A stretch of DNA of 62,816 bases from Macrostomum lignano. Lineage: Eukaryota. Below are positions 48,147 to 59,467 of this stretch, one piece after another (position 1 is the stretch's first letter; the number at the start of each line of letters is the position of its first letter). Under the pieces are notes generated by a model. That model did not search any database and was not told the origin of the DNA. It worked only from the letters and a program-made list of their open reading frames with translations. A program made the position numbers and the translations under genes. Where the stretch lies: positions 1 to 62,816 of the forward strand of contig NIVC01004052.1 of assembly GCA_002269645.1 (NCBI GenBank), written 5' to 3'.

Positions 48147-49512
48147 ATGGAGAAGAAAAAGGATATACTGAACTTATATGAGGACAAAACTTTTAGTTTT
48201 TTCAAAAAGAAAGAAGACTATATTAAGATTTCTCCAACACCAGGTAGCACTAATAATCTCAATGTTGCAGGAGGTCAAATAGTTCATGAAGTCAATTCAA
48301 CAGAGTCATACATTCTCGTGTCAGAGGCATTCGGTTGTATAAAATACTAAATAACACAACGAGATAACACCGACTTGAATACGAACATTACTCTAGAACA
48401 TAATTGGCCTATGAGACTGTTCTCTCAACTCATAGTTGACATTGGAGGAACAAAGAAAGTCTATAATGATTCTGGAGAATATGACACAATCTTAAAGTCC
48501 GTAATGTACTCAAAATTGATGAATGAAGTTGGAGAAGCATACGGATGGATTCCAGACACAGGAGATGCTGGGACTGTTTCTGATATACCTCTAGCAAACA
48601 GTGCAGATGCTGAAGCTGTGAGAACTGCAGCAATCGCTATGAAAAATAGACTCAATAAGAAGGATTCGAATACTGGATACATTAGGAGGCTTGAAAATTA
48701 CAATAATGTCACTAATGCTCCAAACAGAGGTGGAACAATCAAACTATCATTAACACCTCTCATTGGGATCCTTGATTGGCAGAAGATTAGCAAAGGGATT
48801 AAATACAAATTTATATGAACAAGAAAGACTAACGATGCTGAAATTTTCTTTGGAGCTGCCGGGACGGAAGCTAAGTTAAGTATTAATTACTTTTGAGATT
48901 TGGATCCCTGCTATTACTTTGTCACCCAGTGCTGAAACAGCTTTTCTAAAATCACTCAACAAGGACATTACAGTATCATTTCCAGAGAGGGTAACGGTTC
49001 CGCCACAACTCATTCAAGGAAGTCCATATACATGGAACATAGTCAACATCTCTAATATGCCACTTGCAATCTTTGTAGCCTTCAAATATGACGTAAACAA
49101 CCCATCATATATAGTTAATGATCACAAGTATGTGTCTTACAAGACTGGAGCAAATGCAGTAAAAATAACCCAGCTTCAAGTCAGATTAAATCAGGTGATG
49201 TATCCAAATGATTATGTTGAAATTGATCCAGTAGCTCAAGACATTCATAGAGCGTATGAAATGTACAAAAACATCTGCAGCCGTTTCGGTGTAACTCCTC
49301 CATTCAATAAACAAGACTTTCTAACCATCTATCCAATATTCTGCTTTGATCTAACAGCTCAGGATGAGTTTCTTGTCAAGAGTGGAGTTAATATTCAATT
49401 ATTTATCAAGAAGTCAACAAATGTTGAGCTGAAAGCTTTTGCACTAATTCTTGAACAAACAAAGAATTTAAATAAAGCTACCAGTGAGTATCAAATGACC
49501 CGCGTCGAATAA
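48147..49512 (+). pseudogene. Double jelly-roll major capsid protein; stops at 48348-50 and 48816-18 and a frameshift near 48890
   Basis: Three track ORFs join into one ~450-aa protein with Polinton MCP-like motifs LFSQLIVDIGG, QLQVRLNQVMYPND, RAYEMY, YPIFCFDLT. Confidence 0.8.
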
Positions 49513-50234
49513 GGTCATTTTTTCTTTTTTTAAATGCCCAAAGTAAAATTTCAGCATGATCCTATTTTCCCTAATCCTCTTTTATGTTGTATTATCGGCG
49601 CTAAAAATACGGGTAAAACATATTTACTATTTCATATTCTTACAAGTCCTGAAAAACTAGTTGACTTTAATGAGTTAGTTCTCTATGTTCCCAGAGCATC
49701 TCAAATGGATCCAGAGTATCAGTTTCTAAAATATGGCTTTGAAAATGGTCTCCCACCTTCTCTTATCAACTCACTCTATCATGAGAGTGATATAATTCTC
49801 ACTATCATATCCTCACTCCAGGTGAGTGAGGATGCATCTCCTGAAGATATTAGGCATATTTGTAACGAGGCAGCCGACCTTGGTGGAGTGCAAAGCTCGT
49901 CAGAAAATTCAGAAGTACTAGAGAAAATTCCTGTCACTCTTTCTCATACTCCAAATGAAGAAATTTTTCATAATGGACTAAAGACATGCGTGGTATTGGA
50001 CGATGTTTTGGGAGAGGCTAATCAAAAATTCCAGGAAAGTCTATTTCAGAGAGGGAGGCATGGAAACTGTTGTGGCTTTTATTTAGCTCAAAATTTTACC
50101 AAACTAGATCGCAATACTGTCAGGGAGAATACATGTTACTTACCTACTTACTTACTACCGACGGGGGGCAGAGCGCCGCGAATAGGCCGCGAGGCCCCTA
50201 TCGCAACCTCAAGCTAAACAGAAACAGAAAGGCG

Positions 50235-52784
50235 TTAGCCTTGGGGCTGCGCCCACCCCTCGCGAGCAGAAGAGCTCGCGAGAGTGGCGTCTGCGATCTT
50301 CATCCGCCCAGAATCCCGAACGAATGCACGTAGATCACGGATCCGGTCCGGATTGGTGAGCTCGTCAAGCCTTAGCGGGTGACCGAGGCGACGCCTCCGC
50401 GCCTCGTTGAAGTGCGGGCAGAAAGTGACGTGGTGCGTCGAGGTTTCCTCCTCTAAATCGCAGAATGGGCAGATAGGGGAGCAGCCACTTTGCAGTGAAA
50501 TATGTCTCTGGAAGAAACCATGGCCAGTAATGACCATGCACATCTCCCTCAGGTCAGTTTTACTTAAGGAGATTAGATATTCGGATACTTTCCGGTTAAT
50601 GGCAGGCATAGCCTTTCGTGCTTGCCGGTATTCGGAGCAGCTGTCCCAGTGAGTCTGATGCTGGCGGTTCAGCCAATCTTGAATGGCGCGGTTGATTGAT
50701 GACTTCGGAGAAGGTAACTTGACTGAGCGTTGCGCTCCATCAGGGGTGCAACCCCGCTTGGCAAGCTGATCCACAAGCTCGTTGCCGAGGATTTTGCTAT
50801 GGCCTGATGTCCAGATAACATTGATCCTGTTGAGAATCGCTAGGGTCTGCAAGCTTTTGAGGCAGTCTGAGACTGACTTGGTTGAGAGCTTGATAGAAGA
50901 CAAGGCCTTAATAGCGGCCTGGCTGTGAGAGTAAAAATAAATGTCAAAGCTGCTGATGCCAGCTTTGTGCAAATGCTCAGCGCACTGGTTGATAGCTACA
51001 ACTTCGGATTGAAAAACCGAGACATTCTCACCAACATGAAGACTCTCTTGTAAGATCGCTTCACCCTTGTGGAAAATGGCAATGCCCGCACCAGCGAGAC
51101 CGTCACACAGGGATCCGTCAGTGAAGCAGTGAATACCCTGACTTCTCCGGTTGATGCCCACGTCCAGCGGGTGACTCCCTCTCGGTGGAAGAGTACACTT
51201 GAAGCCCCTCCTGAGGATGATAGTGGGGGATTGGCAGTCCACCTCGTCTAAATTGAGGTGGATGCGTTGAAGATCGCGACGGATATAGTCCAGATGTGGG
51301 AAAAGAGTCTTCTCGGGCATGAAGCCCGAGGGCGTGTTAGCAATAAATTTATCACAGATGAGACGCGTGGCGCCCTTCATCGCCTCAGCTCTAATGAACA
51401 AATGCAGCGGAGGCATGCTGAGGATGGTGTTGAGCCCCTCGTAAGGGGTGGATGGATACGCACCGGTGATAGCTCGGCAGATGTTACCCTGCAGCTGGTA
51501 CAACCGGTCCCGTACAGTCTTCAACTCCAACGCACTGGACCAGATAACACACGCGTAGGTGATACTGGGCCGAACGATGCCGGTGTAAATCCATCTGACC
51601 GTCTTGGGAGAAAGACCCAAGTAGGCCCGATGGCTCTCCTCACCTGCGCAAAGCAGCGCCTGGCGCGCCCGATGACATTGTCAGCGTGCTTGGCCCAACG
51701 CAGATCGTGGGTGAGCGTCACACCAATGAAGCCGACAACGGCTTCATTGGTTGGCAATCCGATGAAGCCGACGGGAGGCCTTTTTTAAGCGGGTGAGCTC
51801 CTTGTTCCACCAAGGTGAGTACTTCTTTCTACTGACAATCGGAGGAGCGTTCTTGATCGTGGCCGCATTAAGCAGCTCGACAAGTTTGTTGCAGCGTGCT
51901 TCAATGCTCGGAATATCATCGCAGCCTTCCAGGTCATCGGCCGGTTCGCTGCTGATCAGAGACTCAAGGTCCCTTCTGAAGCCAGTCCAGTCCGCCCTTT
52001 TTAAATTGGGACGGTTCGCCTTGGTGACGCGAGCGCCGCCAGCTGTGACGCTGAAATGGATGTAGAAATGGTCCGAGAGCGAGGGGATGTCGTCTCTGAC
52101 CCTCAAATTTTGAATCCGATTAAGGATGCAACTGGACGCAAGGGTGAGATCAATGACCTCTTTCCTGCTAGCATTCGCAAAGGTGGGTTTACGCCCCAAG
52201 TTGCAAATATGCAAATTCGAGGTGTTAATGAAATCAATAAGCATACTACCTCTGAGGTTAGTGTTACTGCTAGCCCACGCAGTTTTGTGAGCATTGGCGT
52301 CGCAACCAATAATGAGGTTCCGGTTCTCAGTGGTACAAAAGTTTGCGAGATCCTGCAGGAGGGGTGACGGAATTTCATCCTGAATGTCCATGTACACGGA
52401 TGAGAAAATCATTCCGTTCACGGTGAAGGTACAGATGTCTTTATTGCAAAACATCGGCATGAGCATGGCTGAGAGCTCGCACTTGACCAGAGCAAAGGCC
52501 CTAGGGGTTTCCCCTCCAGAGAGGAAGAGGATCTGGTAGCCTTTCGGCAGCAGGGTGGGCTTACCTCTCACGGTGTAAGGCTCCTGAATGAGGTAGATGT
52601 CAACACCGGTGCCATCGAGGGTGTCGGTGAGGCTGCTGGAGGCTGCGACCGCGTGGTGCAGATTAATCTGCGCGATATGCAGGTTAGGATCACTGTTTTG
52701 CGTGAGTGTGGTGAAATCATCATTGGACCCACCCGCCGGGTTGTTCCTCAGACGGTCACGCCTCGTCATTGAAGATCTGAGCAT
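50235..52784 (-). pseudogene. LINE ORF2: APE endonuclease, internal deletion of the RT core at ~51750, RT thumb, RNase H, CCHC
   Basis: QINLHH, LIQEPY, GCDANAH, IDLTL, SDH; PWWNKEL jumps directly to [13 protein letters not shown]; WG(fs)[16 protein letters not shown]; FTDGS...; [18 protein letters not shown]. Confidence 0.88.
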
Positions 52785-52801
52785 GGCGGGTCGAGAACAG
52801 C

Positions 52802-53719
52802 TTAAGTCTCGCCCTCAGAGCTATCCGGGCTCTCGGGATCGTCTCGGCGCTGCTCACCGCCGGCGTTGCGCTTCTTCCTCGGGATGAGGTGGAAGACTAA
52901 CTTCCATGCCCCAACGTAGGCGGCGTGGTCTTTGCCTTGCATGTGGCGCTCCCAATCAGCGGAGAGGCCCATGTAGAGGGTCTTCCCGTTGCCGTCCTTG
53001 ACCGGCACCTCCTTGTAGGCCCGGAGGCCGTCCGCAGGCAACTCGGGGTGCTTGGCGACAAGACGACCACGGATCTCCTCGATCGTCCTGTGCCCGGAAT
53101 AGAAAGCCCTATACCTCTTACATGGAGGCGGAGGACGGGCCTTCTCAACGGCCAGCTCCGGGACCTGTGCCGTGGAGGTACTCCAGTCGATGCTGGGCAG
53201 GTTGGCTAAGGCAGTGCTCAGATGGACCTCACTTTTGAAAGCGAGGATGAGATTGCCGTTGGCGAATCTGACTGACTCGACCTCAACACCGAGATGGTCG
53301 TTATCCCAGAGGAAGTCGTCAACGAGGGCTACAGCACCTTCCATCTGGGCGTCACTCAGCGTCCCGCTGGCCGCACGGACGCAGATTTTATGGAGGGGCT
53401 CAGCAGCCACCTTGGCATAGAAGCCGGCTGTCCCCCTGCCCTTAGAGCGCTTCGGGTCCTTGGGGGTAAGCGTGCGGTCCTCAGGCTGCTGCCTCTTGCG
53501 GACAGTGCTGGGAGCCGCGTTAGCCTCGCTGTCGCGGTACGTGGTTGTATCACCACCAGAATCTTCACCAGTGGGAGTCGAACTAGCCCCACTTAGGGTA
53601 GTAACCGCGGGGTTCGCGGAGAGAGATACCTCCGAGCTGGAAGGTTGGGGGATTTTCGGACCCCCAGCCGCGGGAGTTGCCGGCTCCCGAGCCGGAAGAG
53701 ATTTTTGTTCAGAATCCAT
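52802..53719 (-). CDS. LINE ORF1 protein (low-complexity N-terminus, LOA/R1-type C-terminal domain)
   Basis: Intact ORF immediately upstream of ORF2; likely start MDSEQK; basic KRQQP...PKRSK followed by YAKVAA. Confidence 0.7.
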   Translation of the reverse strand: MDSEQKSLPAREPATPAAGGPKIPQPSSSEVSLSANPAVTTLSGASSTPTGEDSGGDTTTYRDSEANAAPSTVRKRQQPEDRTLTPKDPKRSKGRGTAGFYAKVAAEPLHKICVRAASGTLSDAQMEGAVALVDDFLWDNDHLGVEVESVRFANGNLILAFKSEVHLSTALANLPSIDWSTSTAQVPELAVEKARPPPPCKRYRAFYSGHRTIEEIRGRLVAKHPELPADGLRAYKEVPVKDGNGKTLYMGLSADWERHMQGKDHAAYVGAWKLVFHLIPRKKRNAGGEQRRDDPESPDSSEGET

Positions 53720-54477
53720 AGAAGCTGAAACGGAGAAGAAACACAAATTAGAAAAAGGCAGACCGACCGCTCGGGACTGGGTATACCCCCAGCCAGCTCC
53801 GAGGAGCTACCCCCTGCCACGGCGAACAGCAGGAAGGCTTTGGGTTGCCATCTTTACCCAGGATTGCTCCCAGGCGAGGCTCCGGCAGGCCCCCGGTCCA
53901 CACTCTGCAAGATCAGGGGGCGGGAGGCCGGCTGCGGGCTTGGGACACAGGCGCCAGGTTGGGTTGACAGCCGACGCCCGAGCCCTCCCCCACAGGAGCG
54001 GCCCTCGAGAACCCGTGTGGTACCAGTTGCAACCATGGGCTGTCGATGGGTAGTTGGCGCTTAGCCAGCGGCCAACTACTTAGCAGCCACCTGCCCTGCA
54101 GAAAAGCAGCAGGGGGGATCCGTCCTCCACCAGCAGACCAAAACGAGGAAACTAGCCGCTTCCACGCCAGGCCAGAGCGAAAAAGGTGGGGGAAAAGCCT
54201 CCTCGAAAGACGAAAAGCTGGCAGATGTCACAGAGTCCCTCGGTTTAGGTTGCCGTTTGCCCCCCAATACGACATGTTACATAATATTTAAACAAAAAGA
54301 TACAAACTTGAATCACATTGCTAGAAATATTGAAACGAATTATGAACCCGCTATATTCAAGGCTAAATGTAGAGAGGCTTGGAAAAAGAAGTATGGCTAT
54401 ATCTATATAAATACAAGAGCTGATGAGGATGAGCAAGATTTGTATAAGGATGTTCTAACTAAAATCCCATTGTAAAA

Positions 54478-55190
54478 ATGACTAATGAATATATAAGAGA
54501 ACTCATTAATTTAGCAAAGCAGCGAGAAATGTACAAATCCAGAAATGATGCTCAACGCTATTTGAAAATTGGAGAAGAGAGTTTATATGCAAGAGTGGCT
54601 CCATTAGCTCAAAAACCTGTCACAGAAAAGCTTGATGAATTTATTGATGTCAATGCCAACCTTGTTGATAAACTTCAGAATCAAAAAATTCCAGTTCCGC
54701 AATCAAGTACGCCAAAAGGACGATTTGAACCTCTGGAAGTATTTGACAAAAAATTGAAGAAATTGGAAAGATTCCAATAACTCAAAAACCAGCGCCTAGT
54801 ATACGGATTCAAAAAACTGATGCTGGATATATATTTGGATCATCTGTAATAGATGTTGAATTCCATGAACAAGGTCGGGACATCATTGTCAACGAATTCC
54901 GAATGCCATTTTCTGAAGATCTTGAAGAGTTGTTTAAAATGCCTAAAGTAACTGAAAATGATGAAGAGCTGAAGCAATTCAAGATGCAAACATTGCAGGA
55001 TTATGTAAACCTTATTGAACATTGTAAAAACCCAGCGGCCAAATCAAGTGGGAATTATAAGCAAGCAGTAAGGATATTGAAAGATAATCCACCAGGATAT
55101 CGAGTAAAACCGGGATCTGGACTCAGTGAAAGAGTGTTGACATTACTAGCCGCAAAGCAGAGGGACATAACAATGTTGATAAAGAGCTAG
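54478..55190 (+). pseudogene. Conserved uncharacterised Polinton protein, frameshifted near 54775
   Basis: Track ORFs 54478-54780 and 54903-55190 are linked by the open frame ITQKPAPSIRIQKTDAGYIFG...; ends ...LTLLAAKQ, like Polinton 'LLLA.K.AG' proteins. Confidence 0.5.
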
Positions 55191-55209
55191 CAGAATTACT
55201 TGCTTAAAA

Positions 55210-56031
55210 ATGGAAAAATAAATAGAAAAAGTCAACATCCTCTTGAGTAAAAAGTTTCAACGCGCATTTGACTTCTTTTCAATTAAAGACCCATTTCGAC
55301 AAACTCTAGGCACTCCTATAAATTTGTATGAAGATCGAGAATATGAAGCTGGTATAAAAAAGTTTGCAGTCTTTGATGCTATTAACAATATTGAAGGAGG
55401 CAATAATGAGTTGCGATACTCGAGGGATAGTGGTAGAACATGGAAAAAAATAAAGATTCAAGCGGGATCTTGGGAAGTTAAAAGTCTGTCCAGCGAGATT
55501 CAAAGATTGCTAACAGCTGCAAATGATTGGAAAGAGGGAGCTATTGTTTTCAGTGCAAGCCTAGACACGCGTAGAGTTGAGTTACGGTTAGCCACAGATT
55601 TCAGTTCAGAAAGGCTTCAGTTCAGGCTTCAGGAAGTTGATTTCAGGGATGCACATTCCAATAACTTTAGAAGACTGTTGGGATTCAATTCGGAAGTGTA
55701 TTTGAAACCATTTGAGAGAGCTCCAGATCCAGCTCGGATAGACGGAGCTAGAAGTGCGATCATGGTTCGTTGTCTAAATATCAAAGGGGGGTTTATCACT
55801 GATCCAGTTAATGGAAATCATTTAATTGATAAGCAAATACTTCTTTCAATTCCATCGTTCTCTGTCCCAATGGGAAGTAAAATTATTCAAGAGCCTGCAA
55901 ATCCTGTGTACCTACCACTAACTACAAACATGTTGAGCACATTCGACTTTGTCATCGAAGATGAGTCTGGTGTTCTATACGACTTTGATGGCGAGGAAAT
56001 ATTTATAAATCTACACGTACGACAAATATGA
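55210..56031 (+). pseudogene. Minor capsid (penton, single jelly-roll) protein with a nonsense codon at position 4
   Basis: ATG GAA AAA TAA is in frame with track ORF 55243-56031; motifs TPINL..D.EYE, GSWEV, RLLGF, VPMGSKIIQEP, YDFDGEEIFINLH. Confidence 0.8.
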
Positions 56032-56040
56032 GTGTTAAAA

Positions 56041-56472
56041 ATGAGCGAAGCTGAGACATGGAATGCATTTAAACAAAAGTTTGGGACTGACACTACGACA
56101 AATATTGATCTGTTAAATTGGGCAAAATATCTCAAGTTAAAACCATTTCATTATGCCATGAGAGATGAAATTGTTGATTTACCACAGTATGGTTACTTTA
56201 TGACAAATATTCACACTTCGAAAGAACGGGGTATACATCATTCAGCTATATTTTCAGCTCCTGATAAGGTTTATTTTTTTGATTCCTATGCACTACCGCC
56301 CACACTGGAAATTATGGAAAAGTTTAATCACACAAAGAATAGAATATGTGGAGACATGGAAGAACAAATTCAAACTTTTGATAAGAAATATTGTGGTCAA
56401 ATGTCGCTGTACTTTTTACACCGAATCGATAAAGGAGATAGCTATAATGAAATTTTGCAGCAATTAAAATGA
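56041..56472 (+). CDS. Adenain/Ulp1-like cysteine maturation protease
   Basis: Catalytic order H (GIHH), D (YFFDSY), Q (QIQ), C (YCGQ). Confidence 0.85.
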   Translation: MSEAETWNAFKQKFGTDTTTNIDLLNWAKYLKLKPFHYAMRDEIVDLPQYGYFMTNIHTSKERGIHHSAIFSAPDKVYFFDSYALPPTLEIMEKFNHTKNRICGDMEEQIQTFDKKYCGQMSLYFLHRIDKGDSYNEILQQLK

Positions 56473-57848
56473 GATACAAGAATACTGCCAATCAATTTGG
56501 TTACTCGTCAAATTCAAATGATATAGCGCCTGGAATAACAATAGCGTTAGCTGATGATCGCTACATCAATGAAAATGAAGGATATAAGAGAGAGGAAATA
56601 GATAATTTATTGTTAGCAAAGAGAAATGTTTCAGACTCTTATTCAAAGGAAGATAGTGACGCAATGAATATCACCATGCTACAATTAATTGACGATGCTC
56701 ATGGGCGCGTAAACAATGTCTACACAAAAACCGAAACTGACACTAAGATGTATTCTAAAACCGAAATTGACACTAAGATGTATTCTAAAACTGAGATTGA
56801 CACTTTGTTAGCAGAAAGGCAAGGTACTGCAGGAGGTACAGAGAGTTCGAAATTAGTCAATATTCTTTCATTTCTGACTTCAAACGCTTCCCATCCTGAC
56901 ATGAAAGTGACCGCTTCTCATAACTCTTCAGCAGCATATCATGTTGCAGATTCAAACCCAGCTTCAGAATGGAGCAGTGCAGATGACTCAGACAAGTGGA
57001 TACGATTTCAATTTTTGAAAAGAGCTAGGAAAGTTGTAGAGATAAAGTTGGAAGGAGAGGTGTGGCCTGGTTGGTCTGTTACTGTGAGCCTAAATGGAAC
57101 AAACTGGGCACCTGTTGAACAAAGTGCACCCATTGAACTACGAAGGGGCAATGCACATCTTAGGAAACAAATACCCAATCCCTCATATTATTTTCATTAT
57201 TCTCTAAATTTTTCTGGTTCCGTAAAGCTTACAAAAGTTAAATTACTTGAGAGACAAATAGTGGTTAATGATTTAGTGTGGCCTATAGATAGACTTCAAG
57301 CTGTACCAAAGCTATACGTAGACAATGCACTTGAATCAGTGGAGCTGCGACTAAGGCGGGGACTAGGTTTCAAATCTTATACAGGATTTATTCCCTCACT
57401 AGCAACACGTCAAAACTATAGAGAAAGGGGTTTCAATGTAGCGTCATCAGGAGCATTTGAAACGTCAGATAATTGGGGTTATATAGTATCTAATTCAGAA
57501 TGGGCATCGAGGAATGAATCCAATTCTTACATTAAAGTACAACTTCCCGAGTCTATTCAAATTTGGAAATTCGGATTGAAAGGAACCAAAGCAGTAGGTA
57601 GTGAAATTATAAAAAATCAACCAAAAAGTTTTATTCTGAAAGGGAGCAATAACAAGAGAGACTTTAGGAATATTTTTTCTACCGAAAATGCTGGTTTAGT
57701 TCCTGGATTGATGAAATATTTTGAAGTAGCTTCCACCGAAAAATTCTCCGGTTATAGAGTGCATATTAATTCGGCCACTGAAGGATCAACTGTTCTTATT
57801 GTTTCAGGCTTTCAACTTTATCCGATTTTAGGCATAATTGTCACATAA
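56469..57848 (+). CDS. Fibre/receptor-binding-like protein: YSKTEIDT shaft repeats plus two discoidin (F5/8C)-like beta domains
   Basis: Intact 459-aa ORF; YTKTETDT/YSKTEIDT repeats; EWSS...KWIRFQF and EWAS...YIKVQLP...PKSFILKGSN segments. Confidence 0.6.
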   Translation: MRYKNTANQFGYSSNSNDIAPGITIALADDRYINENEGYKREEIDNLLLAKRNVSDSYSKEDSDAMNITMLQLIDDAHGRVNNVYTKTETDTKMYSKTEIDTKMYSKTEIDTLLAERQGTAGGTESSKLVNILSFLTSNASHPDMKVTASHNSSAAYHVADSNPASEWSSADDSDKWIRFQFLKRARKVVEIKLEGEVWPGWSVTVSLNGTNWAPVEQSAPIELRRGNAHLRKQIPNPSYYFHYSLNFSGSVKLTKVKLLERQIVVNDLVWPIDRLQAVPKLYVDNALESVELRLRRGLGFKSYTGFIPSLATRQNYRERGFNVASSGAFETSDNWGYIVSNSEWASRNESNSYIKVQLPESIQIWKFGLKGTKAVGSEIIKNQPKSFILKGSNNKRDFRNIFSTENAGLVPGLMKYFEVASTEKFSGYRVHINSATEGSTVLIVSGFQLYPILGIIVT

Positions 57849-57952
57849 TTAGACATAACACCATAGTCACCATCAAAACACACAACATAAGCACAAAAAC
57901 TCCCAACGGGGTCAATAAACAAAAAATTACTATCTTAGCAAGCTGGCAAGTA

Positions 57953-58262
57953 GGCAAACTTCACTCGATGACTAACGCAAGAATTCGGGGTTGTATATTT
58001 TTTATCTTACTCTTGCCACACAGAAGCAAGCTCGCACCGCAACAATATGGTCGGCTATTGTCCGACCAAGATAGCAAAGCAAGTCTTTTTTTAGAGGCAA
58101 ACTTCACTCGATGACTAACACAGGAATTCGGGGTTTTATATTTTTCATCTACTATTGCTACACAAAAGCAAGCTCGCACCGCAACAATATGGTCGGCTAT
58201 TGTCCAACCAAGATAGCAAAGCAAGTAGGCAAACTTCACTCGATGACTAACGCAGGAATTTG
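57953..58262. repeat. ~132-143-bp intergenic direct repeat (2 copies + partial third)
   Basis: GGCAAACTTCACTCGATGACTAAC starts at 57953, 58096 and 58228; internal hairpin TGGTCGG-CTATTGT-CCGACCA. Confidence 0.85.
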
Positions 58263-58492
58263 CCTCGACAAGAATTTGCCAAAATTTTGCCAGAAAAAAA
58301 TTTTTTTATTTTTTGTGCCACTTGGCACAGAATTGGCACCAATGAGAGGTTTCCGTTGTGCATTGTAAGTAAACCAACCAATAGGATTTAAGACACCGAA
58401 AAAAATGTTCTAGCAGCATTTAAAGCAGCATACAAATGGTTTCATCCAACCATCTATACATCCATCTTTTAAGCTAAATCTTATCTCTTATC

Positions 58493-58924
58493 ATGCCAGG
58501 CCAGCCAACCTTGCGAGGTAGATTGCTAGCTATTAGAGCCGAGGAAAACTTTATTAAGGGTATTTTCTATACAGAATACGCTAGGTCGTCATTTGCTCGC
58601 CTAATCCCAGATCCAACTGCGTTCGTCGATCATTATCGACAAAATCAGGAACGAATTTCTGATGATGCTCGTCTTCTTAAGTTACTTAAGAAGATGTTGG
58701 CTAAGGAACGGACTGGGCGGCAATTACAGCGAGAAATCGCTGCTGCCGAGCAATTGAATAATGTGGCCATTCCTGATGCGCCACCAACCTATGAAGAGGC
58801 TCACGCTCAGCAGGCTCAGCAGGCGCAGGCTCACGCTCAGCAGGCTCAGCAGGCGCAGGCTCATGCTCAGCAGGATCATGAGATGGACGAACTTGTCCAA
58901 CTAAACCAAGGCATTGGACAATGA
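58493..58924 (+). CDS. Hypothetical viral protein with AHAQQAQQAQ repeats
   Basis: Intact ORF co-oriented with the viral genes; no family recognised. Confidence 0.45.
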   Translation: MPGQPTLRGRLLAIRAEENFIKGIFYTEYARSSFARLIPDPTAFVDHYRQNQERISDDARLLKLLKKMLAKERTGRQLQREIAAAEQLNNVAIPDAPPTYEEAHAQQAQQAQAHAQQAQQAQAHAQQDHEMDELVQLNQGIGQ

Positions 58925-59467
58925 AGACTTGAGTTTCCACTGTATAAGTGTTTAAAGTAGTTATAACATCTCTAGAAATAAAATGAATTACTATCATGCT
59001 AAATCTCTTTAAGCCAGGCCACAGAATGCTCCGCGGAGCCTGGCCATTTGTGTCTGAAAATATTTTCTTTTGTGTTCCCCCTTATTGTAAACTTCCACTC
59101 GAATCAGATTGTGGCTGTTAAATTTTTCATAGAAAAAATGGAAGCTAATAACCCAAATGTTCGACATGCTCTACCACAAAAATATAGAGGCTCATTCGAA
59201 AGGCTCGACTAATTGCAGAAATTGATAAAGCTTACGATGAATAAAAAGCAGAAATATTAAAACACACCGATTGTAAATGACCCCCATTTTTGTATTCATT
59301 CAGAGTATATCTTGCACATGTTGATAAATGGGCATTGATTTCGAGACAGCACATAAGGAATGATGAATTTTTCGTCATGCTAAAGTTGAACATTTTCAAA
59401 CTCCCCATAACCCTTGAGAAGTACATTGAAACTGATGAATTATATTGTTAAATTTATTTTAAATAAA

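Larger units (their letters stand above)
50140..54271 (-). mobile_element. Non-LTR retrotransposon (LOA/R1-group, RNase H-containing) with most of the RT deleted
   Basis: 9-bp TSD ACATGTTAC (50131-39 and 54272-80); (TAAG)n-like 3' tail; ORF1, AP endonuclease, RT C-terminus, RNase H, CCHC; GC-rich relative to the host virus. Confidence 0.9.
49534..54475 (+). pseudogene. A32/FtsK-like genome-packaging ATPase split by a LINE insertion (49534-50139 + 54281-54475)
   Basis: Walker A GAKNTGKT, Walker B VVLDDV, RGRH motif, LAQNF...VRENTCY|IIFKQ rejoined across the TSD. Confidence 0.9.

Noticed and set aside
51723-51772. Match of the LINE junction motif CC(A/G)ATGAAGCCG to the Ala-rich repeats of the PLE ORF1 (37860-38030)
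   Set aside because: Only ~12 nt of GC-rich sequence; the local palindrome explains it without invoking capture from the PLE.
58980-59410. Possible additional small viral genes
   Set aside because: All frames are broken by stops and no family motif was recognised.
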